From Macrostomum lignano (lineage: Eukaryota): a DNA stretch of 64,000 nucleotides. Below are positions 13,581-26,830 of the stretch, piece after piece (position 1 is the first letter of the stretch; every line of letters starts with the position of its first letter). A program made the position numbers and the translations under genes. The DNA is taken from contig NIVC01000735.1 of the NCBI GenBank assembly GCA_002269645.1, positions 392,512-456,511 of the forward strand, written 5' to 3'. The notes beneath the pieces were generated by a model. That model worked only from the letters and a program-made list of their open reading frames with translations. It was not told the DNA's origin and made no database searches.

Positions 13581-14679
13581 TAGTAAAGCTTCTTCTTTTT
13601 AATTTTCCATTTGTTACTTTTACGTGCACCGAAAGCCATGCACTACTGAATTTGGTCGAGCTTAATACCAACCAGTGCAGTAATTTGCTGGCTGTTTCTT
13701 AGAATTTATTAGGTTAGTCAGCATGCATATCTTAACAAGTTTTTGTTAAAATAAGACCTATGAAGCCTATAAAGCTTAAGGATAAAGTACTTGCAGAGCC
13801 ATTTTTAACTTTCATAAAATTATTTGTAAATAAAACTGAAATATTTTGTCGTGTTTGCTTCACAGATTGGCTTAATTTAACTTTTGCTTGTCGTGATAAA
13901 TACTGATTTCATGGAATCAAGGAGACGAAACGATCAGCTCATAAATTGGTGCTGATCAGTTCAGATCGTGAGATCGTCATATTCTTTTTCGTCATATATG
14001 ATGACGAAGTGGCCAGAGTCAATTGGGGTCATAATAGACACCACACTAGCTGATGACGAAATGCAGCAGATTGACGAAATGACTAGGAACCTTAAATTTA
14101 GAATCTGTGGAGTCTAAACTTGAATGATGAATGCTAGTCCGCTCCAAATTATATGCACTATGCAGTTGCTATAAATCAGCGACTTATAGTCTACTTATTA
14201 ACTTTTTATACTCGTACATGTATTCACACAGTAGATAGGATCCTATAGCCATATTGGTACTTTAGTGCTAAATATAATATGTGTCATTATATAATATGGT
14301 GAATTACTGAATTTTTAAATTTCGTACCTACATGCGATTGACTTGATTGCAATTGTAAATGTGTCTTCCCAAAAGTATCTACATTCGCCTTTGAAGCGCA
14401 GTATCATACGTAAATACATGTACAAGCCACGTACAAAACATATGATAAACAATGTTTACAAGTCAATTTTTTTCTGTACATCAGCGTGTTATAAGCCGCA
14501 CGAGTACATTTTGCTGCATATGCAATAGATGCATGCCGCAATCATCAAAACGAAATATATATTAGCTCAGCCGTCCACGATTATTATCTCATATCAACAA
14601 GATTTAAACGGTTGAAACCCAAAGTACATGTAGATGCCATCCAGGATTTTTTGCAGCGCGAAGTTTCCATCTTGCGCAT

Positions 14680-15519
14680 TCATTGAAGCAGCTGAACCGC
14701 TGTTGCATTTTGGCTCTCATCGGCGTCCCACTCGAGCTGGTCCCTAACCTGGTCGCTAGCCAGAAGGAACTCGCGCGCCTGTTGGCAGCCCAGATCGGTG
14801 GCCAGCTCCAATGGGGTCTGTCGCCGGCCACCCAGCTCTCGAGCTCGGACTCTCAGCTCAAGCCACACGCTGGAGTTGGAGCAGAACTGCTGCATCAGCT
14901 GGAGCATGTCTGCCCTGTCCCTCCTGACCAAGTAGTGCACCGGCGTCCACCCGAATCGGTCAGGCATCCTGAAGGCCCGGTGCAGAGGCCTCAGCCTGAA
15001 GCCGCCATTTGTCGCCATTGTCGCTTCGGTCAGACTGTCAAGCAGCACTTGCAGAGCCTCCAGGCCAGCGTCCTCCGCGCAGTGGTGAAAGGCGTTCTTG
15101 CCATAGGCGTCGTATCGGGTGTACACCTGTTCGGGATCGCGCAGCACCAGCTGCCGAATCACTTCCCGGTGCGCTGGTCCGTCGTGGCTCAGCGCGAGCA
15201 TCAGCAACGTCTCCTTAGCAACTGACCGGTGATCCAGGACACCCGCGAAGTAGCGGGCGGTCAGATCCACAAGCAGCTGAGCAGTCTCAGGTTTCCGCAT
15301 CAGCAAGGCGATGCCGATCAATGAATCGCCATTGCGGTTGACGCAAGCGAGCAGTCCTGGCGAAGAGACGAATTGCTGGAGCAGGCCTGACTCAGCCTCG
15401 CCGGTGCATGCATAGTGTAGCGCGGCTCGGATCCACCGGCCCGCAACCGCATGGCAACCAGCAGTCTGCTTTCCCAGCTTGGGAGGAGGCGCGCACTCGC
15501 CAACGAGCAGCGATTCCAT
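14680..15519 (-). CDS. Ankyrin-repeat protein, apparently single coding exon (about 279 aa from ATG 15519)
   Basis: Ankyrin-type motifs: ALHYAC, NRNGDSLIGIAL, ETLLMLAL, DAYGKNAFHHCA, DRFGWTPVHYLV, QTPLELA. GC-rich ORF. Confidence 0.8.
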   Translation of the reverse strand: MESLLVGECAPPPKLGKQTAGCHAVAGRWIRAALHYACTGEAESGLLQQFVSSPGLLACVNRNGDSLIGIALLMRKPETAQLLVDLTARYFAGVLDHRSVAKETLLMLALSHDGPAHREVIRQLVLRDPEQVYTRYDAYGKNAFHHCAEDAGLEALQVLLDSLTEATMATNGGFRLRPLHRAFRMPDRFGWTPVHYLVRRDRADMLQLMQQFCSNSSVWLELRVRARELGGRRQTPLELATDLGCQQAREFLLASDQVRDQLEWDADESQNATAVQLLQ

Positions 15520-16460
15520 TTTCTCAACATTCAAGAAAGGGAACTTTGAGCGGACAGGGCATAATTATCAGATATATAGGCGAGGTCAGGGCTGAGTACA
15601 GCAGATGCTACAAGGTACATTCTAAGCCACACAATTGTACTGCTAGTTTAAGACACTAAGTGGACTTCGCCTTCCAAACAGCACTGCATATTTTTAGCCA
15701 AGCTGTACTGTACTATACGTACAAGGTACTGTAGGCTACATGCATTGCAAAACACAAATTCTATTATTAGCTCTTGCACACGCAATGCTGCAGTTGAACT
15801 GCGCTAACAGATTGACATAAAAGCAGATCCGCAAATAATAAACAGTGGATTAAAAGTATAATCACAAAAGAATTTTAAACTCTGTCCTGTTGAGCAAAAG
15901 ACTCAGTAAGACTTTATAAATGCCAATTTAAATAAGTGCAATTTTATTTATAAAAGCGTTAAAAAGCTGACAAAAAGGGCGCACTACATGTACTATTGAG
16001 TGCAATTAACAGACTTGAACAGCGATACAAAAGGTTAAACGCAACCAACATTGGCCGAATGTTTAGGGACAAAAAGTGCACTAAGAACTTATAAAATTGT
16101 TTGAGCCAAAAGAAGAATCTGCCTGCTTGCTTAAAGCGTCATCGATTTGATCCTACAGCACACTCTATTAATATTCCCTAAAATATTGACACAATTTTAT
16201 TACTCTATCATGCGACTGCACTGTTGTCAGATTGGGCCAGGTAACATGCTACAGATGCGCTTATTTACGACCGCATAAAACACCCAACTCACTCAAAACT
16301 GACCTGATCATATCTCCTGATCATTGGAGCTGGGCTGACAAAAGTATTCGTAAAATTTAAACTGTAGATGTACGATGCGACAAGCATCAAAAGTATATTT
16401 ACCACGGATTGGCGAGCAAGAAGATGATACACTTAGCGATCGATCGAGAGGGACTTCGAT

Positions 16461-16610
16461 ATCGACTCGAAAAGTGAAGGATTCGGCCATCGACTCAGAA
16501 AGTGAAGGATTCGGCCATCGACTCAGAAAGTGAAGGATTCGGCCATCGACTCAGAAAGTGGAGGATTCGACCATTGACTCAGAAAGGGACTTGGCCATTG
16601 ACTTAGAGGG
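16461..16610. repeat. 28-bp minisatellite (TCGGCCATCGACTCAGAAAGTGAAGGAT), about 4-5 copies
   Basis: Direct reading of tandem units. Confidence 0.85.
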
Positions 16611-16774
16611 ACTTGACCAATGACTGAAAACACTGAAACCCCAGAATCGATTTTTAAAATTCATCTAAAGAATTGTATTTCGCTCTAATTTTCATGCCTT
16701 TGGGATTAAAAATATTTAATCCCAAAATAGAAAGCAGTAGAGCTCTCTCATTCACTGCATCAAGTCAGTAGGTT

Positions 16775-17040
16775 CCAGGATCACTGCATCAGGGTCAGTA
16801 GGGTCCAGGATCACTGTGTCAGGGTGAGTAGGCTCCAGGATCACTGTGTCAGGGTGAGTAGGCTCAAGGATCACTGTGTCAGGGTGAGTAGGCTCCAGGA
16901 TCACTGTGTCAGGGTGAGTAGGCTCAAAGATCACTGTGTCAGGGTGAGTAGGCTCCAGGATCACTGTCAGGGTGAGTAGGCTCAAGGATCACTGTGTCAG
17001 GGTGAGTAGGCTCCAGGATCACTGTGTCAGGGTGAGTAGG
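16775..17040. repeat. 30-bp minisatellite (CCAGGATCACTGTGTCAGGGTGAGTAGGCT), about 9 copies
   Basis: Direct reading. It generates the spurious EPTHPDTVIL repeat ORF. Confidence 0.9.
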
Positions 17041-17377
17041 TTCGAGTCGGGATTGCTGGATTACTAGAGTCGGGAAAAACAGATCTAAGGGTTATCTCAG
17101 CGGGGTCAGTGGGTTCGAAAAAGTGAAAAAGATCGCTGGTTTGCCGTCACCCGACTTTATAAAGTAATTGTCAAAAAATTGCTTGAACTAGTTTTCCCAT
17201 GAATACAGCTCAAATGCAATCTACATGTAGGACGTTAAACTAAGGTTTTTCAGTAATGCTAGGTTGTCTTAAGGTTACCAAAAAGTCTCTTAAGGAAGGC
17301 AGCGTCAACAAGGTGTCGATAGTCGTAGGGGAGAAACAGTTGTCTAAAAGGGACAGAAAGTCGAAAAAGGGGCTGTA

Positions 17378-18220
17378 ACTGGTGTCTGGAGGGGACGGTA
17401 ACTGCATGGTGTCTGGAGGGGACGTTAACTGGCGTCTGGAGGGGACGGTAACTGGTGTCTGGAGGGGACGGTAACAGGGGTCGGGAGGGGACGGTAACTG
17501 GTGTCTGGAGGGGACGGTAACAGGGGTCGGGAGGGGACGGTAACTGGTGTCTGGAGGGGACGGTAACAGGGGTCTGGAGGGGACGGTAACTGGCGTCTGG
17601 AGGGGACGGTAACTGGTGTCTGGAGGGGACGGTAACAGGGGTCTGGAGGGGACGGTAACTGGTGTCTGGAGGGGACGGTAACAGGGGTCTGGAGGGGATG
17701 GTACATAACTGGGGTCTGAAGGGGACGGTAACAGGGGTCTGGAGAGGACGGTAACAGGGGTCTGGAGAAGACGGTAACAGGGGTCTGGAGGGGACGGTAC
17801 ATGTAACTGGTGTCTAGAAGGGACGGTACATGTAACTAGAGTCTAGAGGGGACGGTAACAGGAGTCTAGAGGGGACGGTAACAGGAGTCTAGAGGGGACG
17901 GTAACATGGGTCTGGAGGGGACGGTAACAGCTGGTGTCTTAAAGGGAAAGTAACAGGCGTCTAAATGGGATAGTAGCAGGTTTCTAGAGGGGACGGTAAC
18001 AGGCGTCTAAAGGGGACGGTAACAGGCGTCTAAAGGGGACGGTAACAGGAGTCTAAAGGGGACGGTAACACGAGTCTAGAGGGGACGGTAACAGGCGTCT
18101 AGAGGGGACGGTAACAGGAGTCTAAAGGGGACGGTAAAAGGCGTCTAAAGGGGACGGTAACACGAGTCTAGAGGGGACGGTAACAGGCGTCTAAATGGGA
18201 TGCTAACAGCTGTCTAGATT
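17378..18220. repeat. Degenerate 22-25-bp minisatellite (GGAGGGGACGGTAAC[A/T]GG[G/T]GTCT)
   Basis: Dozens of variant units, grading from GTCTGGAGG-type to GTCTAGAGG/GTCTAAAGG-type along the array. Confidence 0.9.
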
Positions 18221-20324
18221 ACGGTATCAGATGGGATTTTTAATCCACTCTGGTCGCAGTGATGCAGCTGGTTCCAGGTCTACTCAACTCGAGGTAAGCA
18301 GGTGTCAGATGGATCTAACTTGATCATCAGAAAGTGCCGCATGCAGGCAGAGTTCCATGCTTTCGAGACTGGAAGGATCGCGGAATTTCACTAAAGATGG
18401 CGTAACATTGGGAATCTCAACATAAACAACACACGGCCCGTTGACCGGACTACCGATCTTCACTGACAGCCTTGCCAAACAGTCAATCAAAGGTTGGCTT
18501 TGCATGCAGACAAAATGAATCCAACTTGTAGGGCGATATTCTTCAGCCGTTATTATGTGGAAGCTGATTTCGACAGGAAGTAAACCTTAAAGTACGCACT
18601 GCATCATGATTCATGAAGCCGAAGCTACACAACCTTCCGGCGCTCCGATGATTCAATCGAATAACGCAGATGAACCCAACAGGTGAATAGCGAATCGACG
18701 TATTGTAGTACAGCTGCACTGAAACCTGCAAGATCCTTTTCAATGGGTGTTTTAGCATGCCATTGGCAACGACTACTGACTAGTATAGTAATATACGGTG
18801 CTTTTTACTCTCGAACATGGTGTTTCACTCTAACTCAAACCGCTACTTCTCATCGGATACATGCCACGATGCCAAGAAATTCAGTCGAGTGGCTCCAAGA
18901 AGAGCTAAGAGAAAAAAGAGCAACCCTGTACTATCAAGATTTCTCACTACTGCAAGTAGCTTAAATAACCAACAGTGCTTCATTCGCACCTGAAACCCTG
19001 AGGCTGAGTTGCTTTTCAAACGGCTTAAATAAGTAACCAGGAAGACACTCATTAGTTCGCTTAATTCGTTGCGTGTATTTGTTACATACTTTAAAGTACA
19101 TCGCACCTGGCCCATTGCATCGAAATCCTTGAGTATTTTTATGGTCCGGGTACTCGACTAAAAGTTCACTCCTAGCTGCTCTGGTTAATACTGGTACTAC
19201 AGTAATACTCACTGCAGTCATGTACAGTTAGACTATCAACCATCAGTACGCAGGCAAGTCATGCGCCACTCGGCTCCGAAACAGCGCCACCTACACGACG
19301 TCGCGTATCTTGAAATTCAATCAATCCGGCTTTTAATCTTCTTCATAAGTTTAAATTCAATGCTGCACTGTCACTTAATGAATCTTAAGCAGAGTCAAAC
19401 ACATGCACACGGGAGTGTTCGACGGCCTCGACCGATCTTTAAAAAAAGATCTTGATGAATAAAAATCTAGTTAAAACTCTACTCACACTACTAACTGCTA
19501 ATACAAGTAGCAAGCAGGCAGTTTTTTTCTTTACTGGCTCGAACTGCGTAGAAAAAATAAATGAAAAAAGCAGACAAAGAAGTCTCATCGAAACTGTTTC
19601 AAATTGAGAGTTTATTAACAGGAAAAGTTGTTTTAGTTTTCTCATCAGGATAGAACGGGTGCAGGGCGGGCAACTCGGCAGGAAGCTGATTGCAACACGA
19701 GCGGCTTCATCAATGAGATGGCTTCATCAACAAATTGGATTACGCTGGAGCTATAGATTGCCAGTCGAAAGAGGGGCATTATTAGTTTGAAAATTTGAAA
19801 TTAAACAGCAAATTCAACAACGAGAAGCAGGCGATCAATTCAGAATAGAACGCTGGAGGCGGGAAAATATTGAATCTTAGCCTCGGCGAGCTCGAACAGG
19901 GAACAGCCGCATGTTTGATACGGCCGAGCCGAGCGGCAAAACCGGTGAAAAATCAACACATATTGAAGAAATTATTAGGCCTACGAATCGCACAATGAGC
20001 CCACGGTACCATGCTACCTAATAAAATTGCTAATCCTGATGACCAACACGAGCTGACCAGGAATTTACTGGATAGAAAAAGCAGATTTGCCGGCAATGAG
20101 TTTGCAAAATTAGTCCAATTATTACAGCAAAGCCAGCGGGCAGCAAATTGTACAAATTGCGGTGAGCTGTTGCTACAGGAACACAAACTCGAATAGCATA
20201 CAGTAGAAGCTAAACGGCTACTTCAACCACCGGCATTTCCCCAGCTATGCAATAATATTCCAAGAAGACTAATGAATTAAAATAGTATGCATATATATAT
20301 ATTTGTATATTAGTTCCAAGACGC

Positions 20325-23300
20325 TCACGGCCGCCTGGGCGGGAAGGGGAACAGCGGCCGCGGCGGCCCGTTCGGGAAATTCTGGCGCGCGCCGGCTCCG
20401 CCGATGACGCCCGCCCCGATGCCGCTCATGCCGCCGCCGCCGAAGGTCGCTGTGGCGGCGAACCGGCTGAATGGCACCGGGCCGGGCCGCGATGACACTC
20501 GCTGCTGCGGCTGAAGCAGCGGCCCGCTTAGCAGCGATTGCGGCTGGCCAAAATGCGGTGACAGCGCCGGCGACATCGGGCCCGGCAGCATGCCCTGTCC
20601 GCGCATCAGCTGCGGCGGCGGCGGCGGCATCCGCAGCAGCGGCTGCACCTGCTTGGCCGACGGCTCCCGCTCGGGCGGCGCCGAGGGATGCCGCTGTGGC
20701 ATTGCCAGCCGGGGCTTTGAACCCACCTGTGCCGCCTCCGCCTTCATACCGGACTTTGCTTCTGCATTCGCTGCTGCCTTGAGCTTCGGGGAGCCCGGCT
20801 CCGGCGCGGCTGGCTCGGCCGGCTTTGCCGCTTCCGTCGCGTTTGTCGCGGCCGAGGACGCTTCGGCTGCAGACGGTTCGGCAGACTCGGCCGCCTCAGG
20901 CGACTGCTCAGCCTGGGCGCGGTACTCGCTGGCCAGGGCCGGCGGCCGCTCGAACGACGCCGAGTCCACGGCCTCCTCGGTGCCCTTGCTGACAACCCAG
21001 TAGCGGCCGCAGCGGCCGTCATTCAGCAGCACCTCGCGCAGCTGCATGAGCGGCAGCTTCTTGCAGATGAGCAGCTGGCGGAACTTGTCCGTGTTGCCGA
21101 CAATCCGATAGAACAGGCCGAGCTCGCAGGCGCACTCGATAAACATTGGCCACTTGGGCTCGAAGTCGCGCTGATGAAATTTCAGCGGCTCCAAAAAATC
21201 TGGCGTGTTCTTCACGTAGTGCGTGAGCAGCTGCATGAAGTCTTGGCGCATGGTCTTCTCCTGCGGGATGTGGCGAGCCTTGTTAAAGTACAAGTATGTA
21301 TTTGCACCCCTCCTTGCTCCTTGACTTGCTTTCTTGAGCATAGTACTCAAAATTGAGCTGATTCCTGCACTCTTGCACTGAGTCTAGAAATGAATGAAAG
21401 CTGTAATTCCAACAGTCTACTTTTTGAAGTCCTTGACCCTAAGGCTCTGTTGCAGAATCCAGTAAATTTAACTGTCATCTTCCCAACTTGTCTAGAAGGC
21501 TATAAAAACAGGATTTCGGCAACAAACCCGAAACTCGGTAAGCCGCTGCATCTTCAAATACAGCAGGTAGTGCGTGGCGTCCACCTCCTGATCCCACAGC
21601 ACCGACGGGTCCAGCGGCTCCCGGCTGCCGCTGACGTCAACGGCTACCCGCATCTGCCTGTGGAACAGATTGTTCGTGGCGTTCCTGGCCGCGAAGCCGC
21701 GCGCCTTGTCGATGGTGCTGCCGTAGCCGTAGCCGGCGAACTGCCTGTCAACGAACAGCGCGCAGTTGAACAGGCCGTTGCTGAGCACCTCGAACTCGAA
21801 GCTGATCAGCATGTTGGAGAAGCGGCCCGAGTTGTACAAGAAGCGCACCGGGTTCATGATCTGGTGCGGCGTCTCAGGCGCGCCCTCGGTCAGCAGCCAC
21901 AGCTCGCGCAGCGGCTTTACGTTGCGGCTCTCGAAGCGCTCCTCGTCCATTGGCACAGCGTCGCGGCTGCTGGAGTCGGCGGGGTCCTTCCTGCTCAGCG
22001 GCTTGTTTTTCATCCACAGCGGCTCGTTCGGATCGCTCAGGTAGGGCGGCAGGTCCGGTATGAGGGTGTTCTTCTCGCTCAGGCACAGCACCAGGTATTC
22101 GGTGCCCAGCCAGCGCCTGGAGGAGCCGACCACGTGACACGGCCGCATCAGCAGCTTGAAGGCCTGGCGGGCCGCCGCCTCCTGTGAGCCGTTCTTCCAG
22201 TCGGCGCCGCCCTGCGTGATGAACACGTTGGCTGGCGGTGGGGATGGTTGGGTGTCGGTTGATTGCACAGGTTCTAGAGCTTGGATGCACATTTAAGCAC
22301 CAAACTGTAGAAGGTCTAACGTGTACGGATCGTGGACAAATAATGTATAACTTGGCAGCCGCTTTGAACTTGTGTTTTTGTCTACCTACGTCAGATAATA
22401 ATAATTTATTACACCTGCCTTAATTGGGCCAGGTGTGCAATCGACAGCTCAGCCGCAGCCATTGACTGGGGGGGGATGTCACCACATTCTGGTGCACATT
22501 TTACAACTGGGTGAACTGAAGCAACGCAGAGTTAAGTGTCTTACTCAGGGACACAAATTGTTTCAGTGAGATTTGGAATCGAACCGAACCCCCGACCTTC
22601 TAGTCGTGAGTCCGACGCTCTAACCACTAGGCTACAACCCCCCCCCCCCCCTTGGGGATGGATGACCCTACGTCACCGATGGGGAATGCACACTTCGCAG
22701 TTCTTCTACTCAAGCTTATGATGTAGTTGCATTCCTAGAGCTTGTTTCAAGTAAAAATTTTGAGCCAACATTGCAAATCTCGCACAAAACAGCAAAGATT
22801 TTGCAGCAGAAGCAAAAGAAGGCTTCTGTTTTAAGCTTGGCTATTGAAAAAGCAAGCTTCAATGATAGGCATCCAGCTTTACGAGCACATAATTTATCAT
22901 TCAATCCTAATGAAAAGCCCAGCTTCTAATTCTGAAAGCCTGCGAGCAGCAGTGAGTGAAGTGAATTCAACGATGGAGTGCAGGCGCATTGGCGCAACAA
23001 CAATGCAAGCCGCCTTACCGATGAGAATGTCGCACAGGTGCAGCCGATAGTTAATGGGCGGCCGGTCGTAGTAGCCCTGCTCAAGAGGGCTGAGATCTGC
23101 CAGGGTGCCGAACACGTACTGGACATTCAGAGACAGCACCTTGCTGACGGCCTTGTTCAGCAGCTCGGCGTAGGACAGCTTCAAGCGCAGCAAGATGTCA
23201 TTTTCAGCCTCCTCAATGGAGGCCTTCTTGCGGCGCAGCTCCTCGGACAGGCGGTTGATGGCGTCCTGCTTGTCGGACAAAATCTCAGGCGGCGGCTGCG

Positions 23301-24756
23301 GCGGCGGTTTCCAGGCCAGCTTGCGCTGCGGGTTGGAGCTGTGCAGCTCGAGCTCCTCGCGGCTGGGCGGCACAATCAGCTGCACGGCCTTCTTGGACTG
23401 GCGCTGCTTCAGCTCCTCCGGGTACGGCTGCCAATCGGAGCCGGACGGCGCAGCGGCAGCGGCGTTGGCCTCGCTGACCGCGGCAGCCACCGATGGGTCA
23501 ATGGTCATCGGCATCATCGTTGGCGGAGGCTGGGACGGTGCCTCGGTCGCGCCGGAGCCAAAGTACGCCTTGAGCTTGTTTAGCGCCTCATCAATGGCGG
23601 AGCGGCTCTCCGGGTTGAGGCTGCTCAAATTGATCTGCGGCTCAGTTGGCGAGGCTACCGCCGCCGCCGCCTGCTGCTGCTGCACATGCTGCTCGGTGAT
23701 GACCTTGTTGAAGTTCTGCGTGTACCAATTGCGGTAGTAGGCGTCGTAGTACTGGCTGTAGTACCGCTGCATCTCCTCCGCACTCGGCACGGCACCCGCA
23801 GCGGCCGCCGCCGCAGCTGCAGCCGCCGTGGCAGCAGACGCTTGGCCGGCGAGGTCGTTGATGTCGGCAGTCGAGGATGCAGCCGCAGCCGCTGCGGCGG
23901 CAGCTGCGTCAGACATGCTGTCAGCCAGGTTCTGCTGCATCTGGACGGACTCCTGGCTGTAGAGGCTCTCAGATGGCACGAAGGTGCCGTCCTCAGCGTA
24001 CTGACTCTGCTGGGCCAGCTGCTCTGCTCGCCAGGTGGCGGCGGCCCCAGCATTGTCCCATTGCGTGTTGTCAATCTTCTCGGGCCCATTGCTAGGCGGA
24101 TACTGAGGCGCCTGCTGCTCCTGCGGCTGCTCCTTGACCATCGGCTGAGCGGGCGCGGAGGGGGCAGTGGCAGCAGCTGACTGCGCAGGCTGCGGGTTAG
24201 GCAGCATGGACACCGGCGGGAATGCAGACACCGGGGTGGCAGTCATGCCGCCGTCCGACCCGAAGACCTGGCTTGGCGGCAGAAGAAGCGGGCCGCTCTG
24301 TACTGTTGCGGTTTGCTGCTGATACAGCTGCTGCTGCTGCTGCCACTGCTCAGGCATAGCAGCGGCTGCACTGGCATAATAGTCATTGGGCACAGCTGCA
24401 GGCACTGGAGCTGCCTGCTGCGGCTGCGGAGGCGGCCAGCCGGTCTCGGGCACAATGTACTTTCCGGCCACCAGAGGACAGCCGGAGAGGGGATGAGGTT
24501 CCCAGCCGATGTCCACATTGAATTCGATTTTGTGTTTGGAGAAGCGCAGCCGAGTCTGGGCTTCGCTGTCGCGCGTGTCGGTTTGCACGCAGGCGTCCTG
24601 CACTGTGCGGGCGCGCTTGCCGCTGCCGTGCCGGTGGTGGCCGGCCTTGTGGCTGCTGCTGCGCTTGCGGTCCTCTGCAGTGACGGGGAGGCGGGGCGGG
24701 AGCTCAGGCTGGCCACGGGGCAATCGGATTGAGCAGGGGGGCGCCCGCCCTACTGC
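20325..24756 (-). CDS. NKRF-like protein (dsRBD-like domains plus degenerate R3H-like C-terminal domain, long Gln/Ala/Pro-rich regions). Exons about 24756/24749-23019, 22231-21528 and 21278 (or 21377)-20325. Possible first exon 25668-25653 (MSSHK|G).
   Basis: Splice junctions ATC G|GTAAGG...CAG|CC and CGG|GTTTGT...AAG|GCT join three ORFs in phase. FLYNSGRFSNMLISFEFE...NCALFVD..GYGYG..KARGFAARNA..L..Q resembles the NKRF dsRBD-like repeat. FMQLLTHYVK...LKF...CELGL...RQLLICKK resembles an R3H-type fold. The family call is from recalled similarity, not a search. Confidence 0.6.
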
Positions 24757-26274
24757 CTGATGCGGCTTGCCGCTTTCCCGTGGGTTTCTAACAGTCAGCT
24801 TGGGACTCTTATTGATAATAAAAAAGCGCACTTGAGATGTTTAATTTGGATTCGCAGTGTTCACTGCAGCAGCAATAAGGTGGGTACACCTGGACAGGTA
24901 CTCACAGAGAGTGACAGAGCTTCTCAGATATGAAAACATGGAATATACACAAACCAAAGTCTATTGAAAATGTGAACTCCATAATGACACCTGGATATTG
25001 AGCAGTTTACTACCCACAGGATAAGCAAGCCATCACTGCTTAGTAACCCTTTCGCTTGAGTTGTTTTGTAGCAACTCAAAACCCCCGAGCACGCACGCGA
25101 AGACACGCACTCGCACAGGGTCTACAGTGGCCCTGAATTTCTCATCGGCTGGTGCCGCTGAGGGTTAGACTCTCACGGTCGGGAGTCGAACCCCGGGCAC
25201 TTCTGGCACGACTAATGCAGTTCTTTCCACTGAGGAGAACTCAAATAGAAAGTGATCTCAAAGCAGCTAGTCGCTAAGCTAAGCTGACTACTGATAGGCC
25301 ACAAAATTTAAAGAGAAAAACCAAAAGCCGCAAGTGACAGAGTGGCTCAGCTGATCAAGGACAGCATTTATTTTGCAATTTACTGCCACTCAAATATTGA
25401 AACTGGCTAGTCATGGCCCAGCTAATCCAGCGCTACTCCTGAAATACTTCACAGACTGTGCCTCGACTTCCATCTGCCTGGCTGCTCGCCTAAGTCTCTC
25501 GAATATTAAAGGCAAATGACGAAACAGAGAAAGAAGAACAAAACTCGAATCCAACTGGTGTTCTCAATTTACTATTTTTATCGAACAATTGGCGGGCACA
25601 ACAGGTAATAAAATGCACAGCGGTGGGTGGCAGCGGCCTCGCTCTGCCTTACCCTTGTGTGAAGACATTAAAGGTCGGCAACCTGGATCGCTAGAGAGTT
25701 CGCGCCGCCTTCCTTTGGCAGAGGCGCGGCAGGTCAAGACGGTGGGATTGGGCGATTCAATGCATGCATAAGTTTTGGCATGGCTTAATTACAAATGTGC
25801 AATCCGATTCTATCAATAGTATGAGCTTATGAGATCAGCTTAAATCCACGTAGAAGATTATATACCTTAATATATTTTAATTAGCTCTTAACTTTTGCCG
25901 TACACATGCTAAGTAGCTTGCAAAAAATTTACAAGTTATAACTCTACAATAAAAGTACATGGATCATGAATAGTTAAGTCAAATTTTTATATGATAGGAA
26001 TATAATTTAAAAAATTCAATAAAAACATTTTGTTTTTTTGTTGGTAGAATCTAAGAAACAAAAGTCTTTAACCAAAAATGGAGATTGAAATATAAAGATT
26101 ACATTAAACAAAAACATAAGTTATGTACAAATTATAAAAGTATTCATTTTTAACTAATCTTGGCATTTCAACCCTTTGATTATAAGACTAAGAATCTTAG
26201 GATTTTCCTAATCTATATATTAGATATATGAAAAATAAATATATATTTTATTATATAAATATAAATATATAAAT

Positions 26275-26398
26275 TCACCTGGCCATTTCTATTGGCAACA
26301 CACACATGTTGCTATTGGCTGAGAGCAGTCACACAACTACTATTCCATCCAATAGCGACTTACATGTGTGTGTTGCCAATAGATATGGCTAGGTGAAT
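26275..26398. repeat. Roughly 120-bp imperfect palindrome (MITE-like)
   Basis: TTCACCTGGCCATTTCTATTGGCAACACACACATGT ... ACATGTGTGTGTTGCCAATAGATATGGCTAGGTGAA. Confidence 0.7.
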
Positions 26399-26830
26399 AC
26401 TTAGGTTGCACTTAGGTTCAAATGTTGTTACATTTGAAAATTTATGGCAATCCTAGCAAAAATATTACAAATTTAAGTATTCTTAGTTGTAACATTTACG
26501 ATTCTCTAATAAAAGCTATAAGTTTTTTAGTATATGACTATTTTGATAATAGACTATCTTTTGAATAACTAAAAATAACTAAATTTGGTAACTAAAATTG
26601 ACAAAAAATTTATTTAAAGAATCAAAATATAAAACATCAACTTTTATAAACCTATTTATTGTTAAAAAACAATTACTAGGCGAACACAATTAAACTAAAT
26701 TGCTTAAAAGAATTTCTTTCATCTTATCTCTATAATCTTTTTACCTTAGAAAACTTTAAAAATTAAAATAATATATTACACTTAAATTTTAAAGATAGTA
26801 TATTAAACAAATTTAAATGGTCATCCCATA

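Noticed and set aside
16752-17802. Pro-rich repetitive ORFs (EPTHPDTVIL; PLQTPVTVPSR)
   Set aside because: Translations of minisatellites, with no splice or start context supporting a gene.
18300-19230. Moderate-GC stretch with several 60-90-aa ORFs that look protein-like
   Set aside because: I could not join them into a consistent spliced model or recognise a family. It could be a decayed gene or TE but is unsupported without a search.
22897-23018. C-terminal extension GKAACIVVAPMRLH... of the 644-aa ORF
   Set aside because: Read-through into an intron; the strong donor G|GTAAGG at 23019/23018 joins the next exon in phase.
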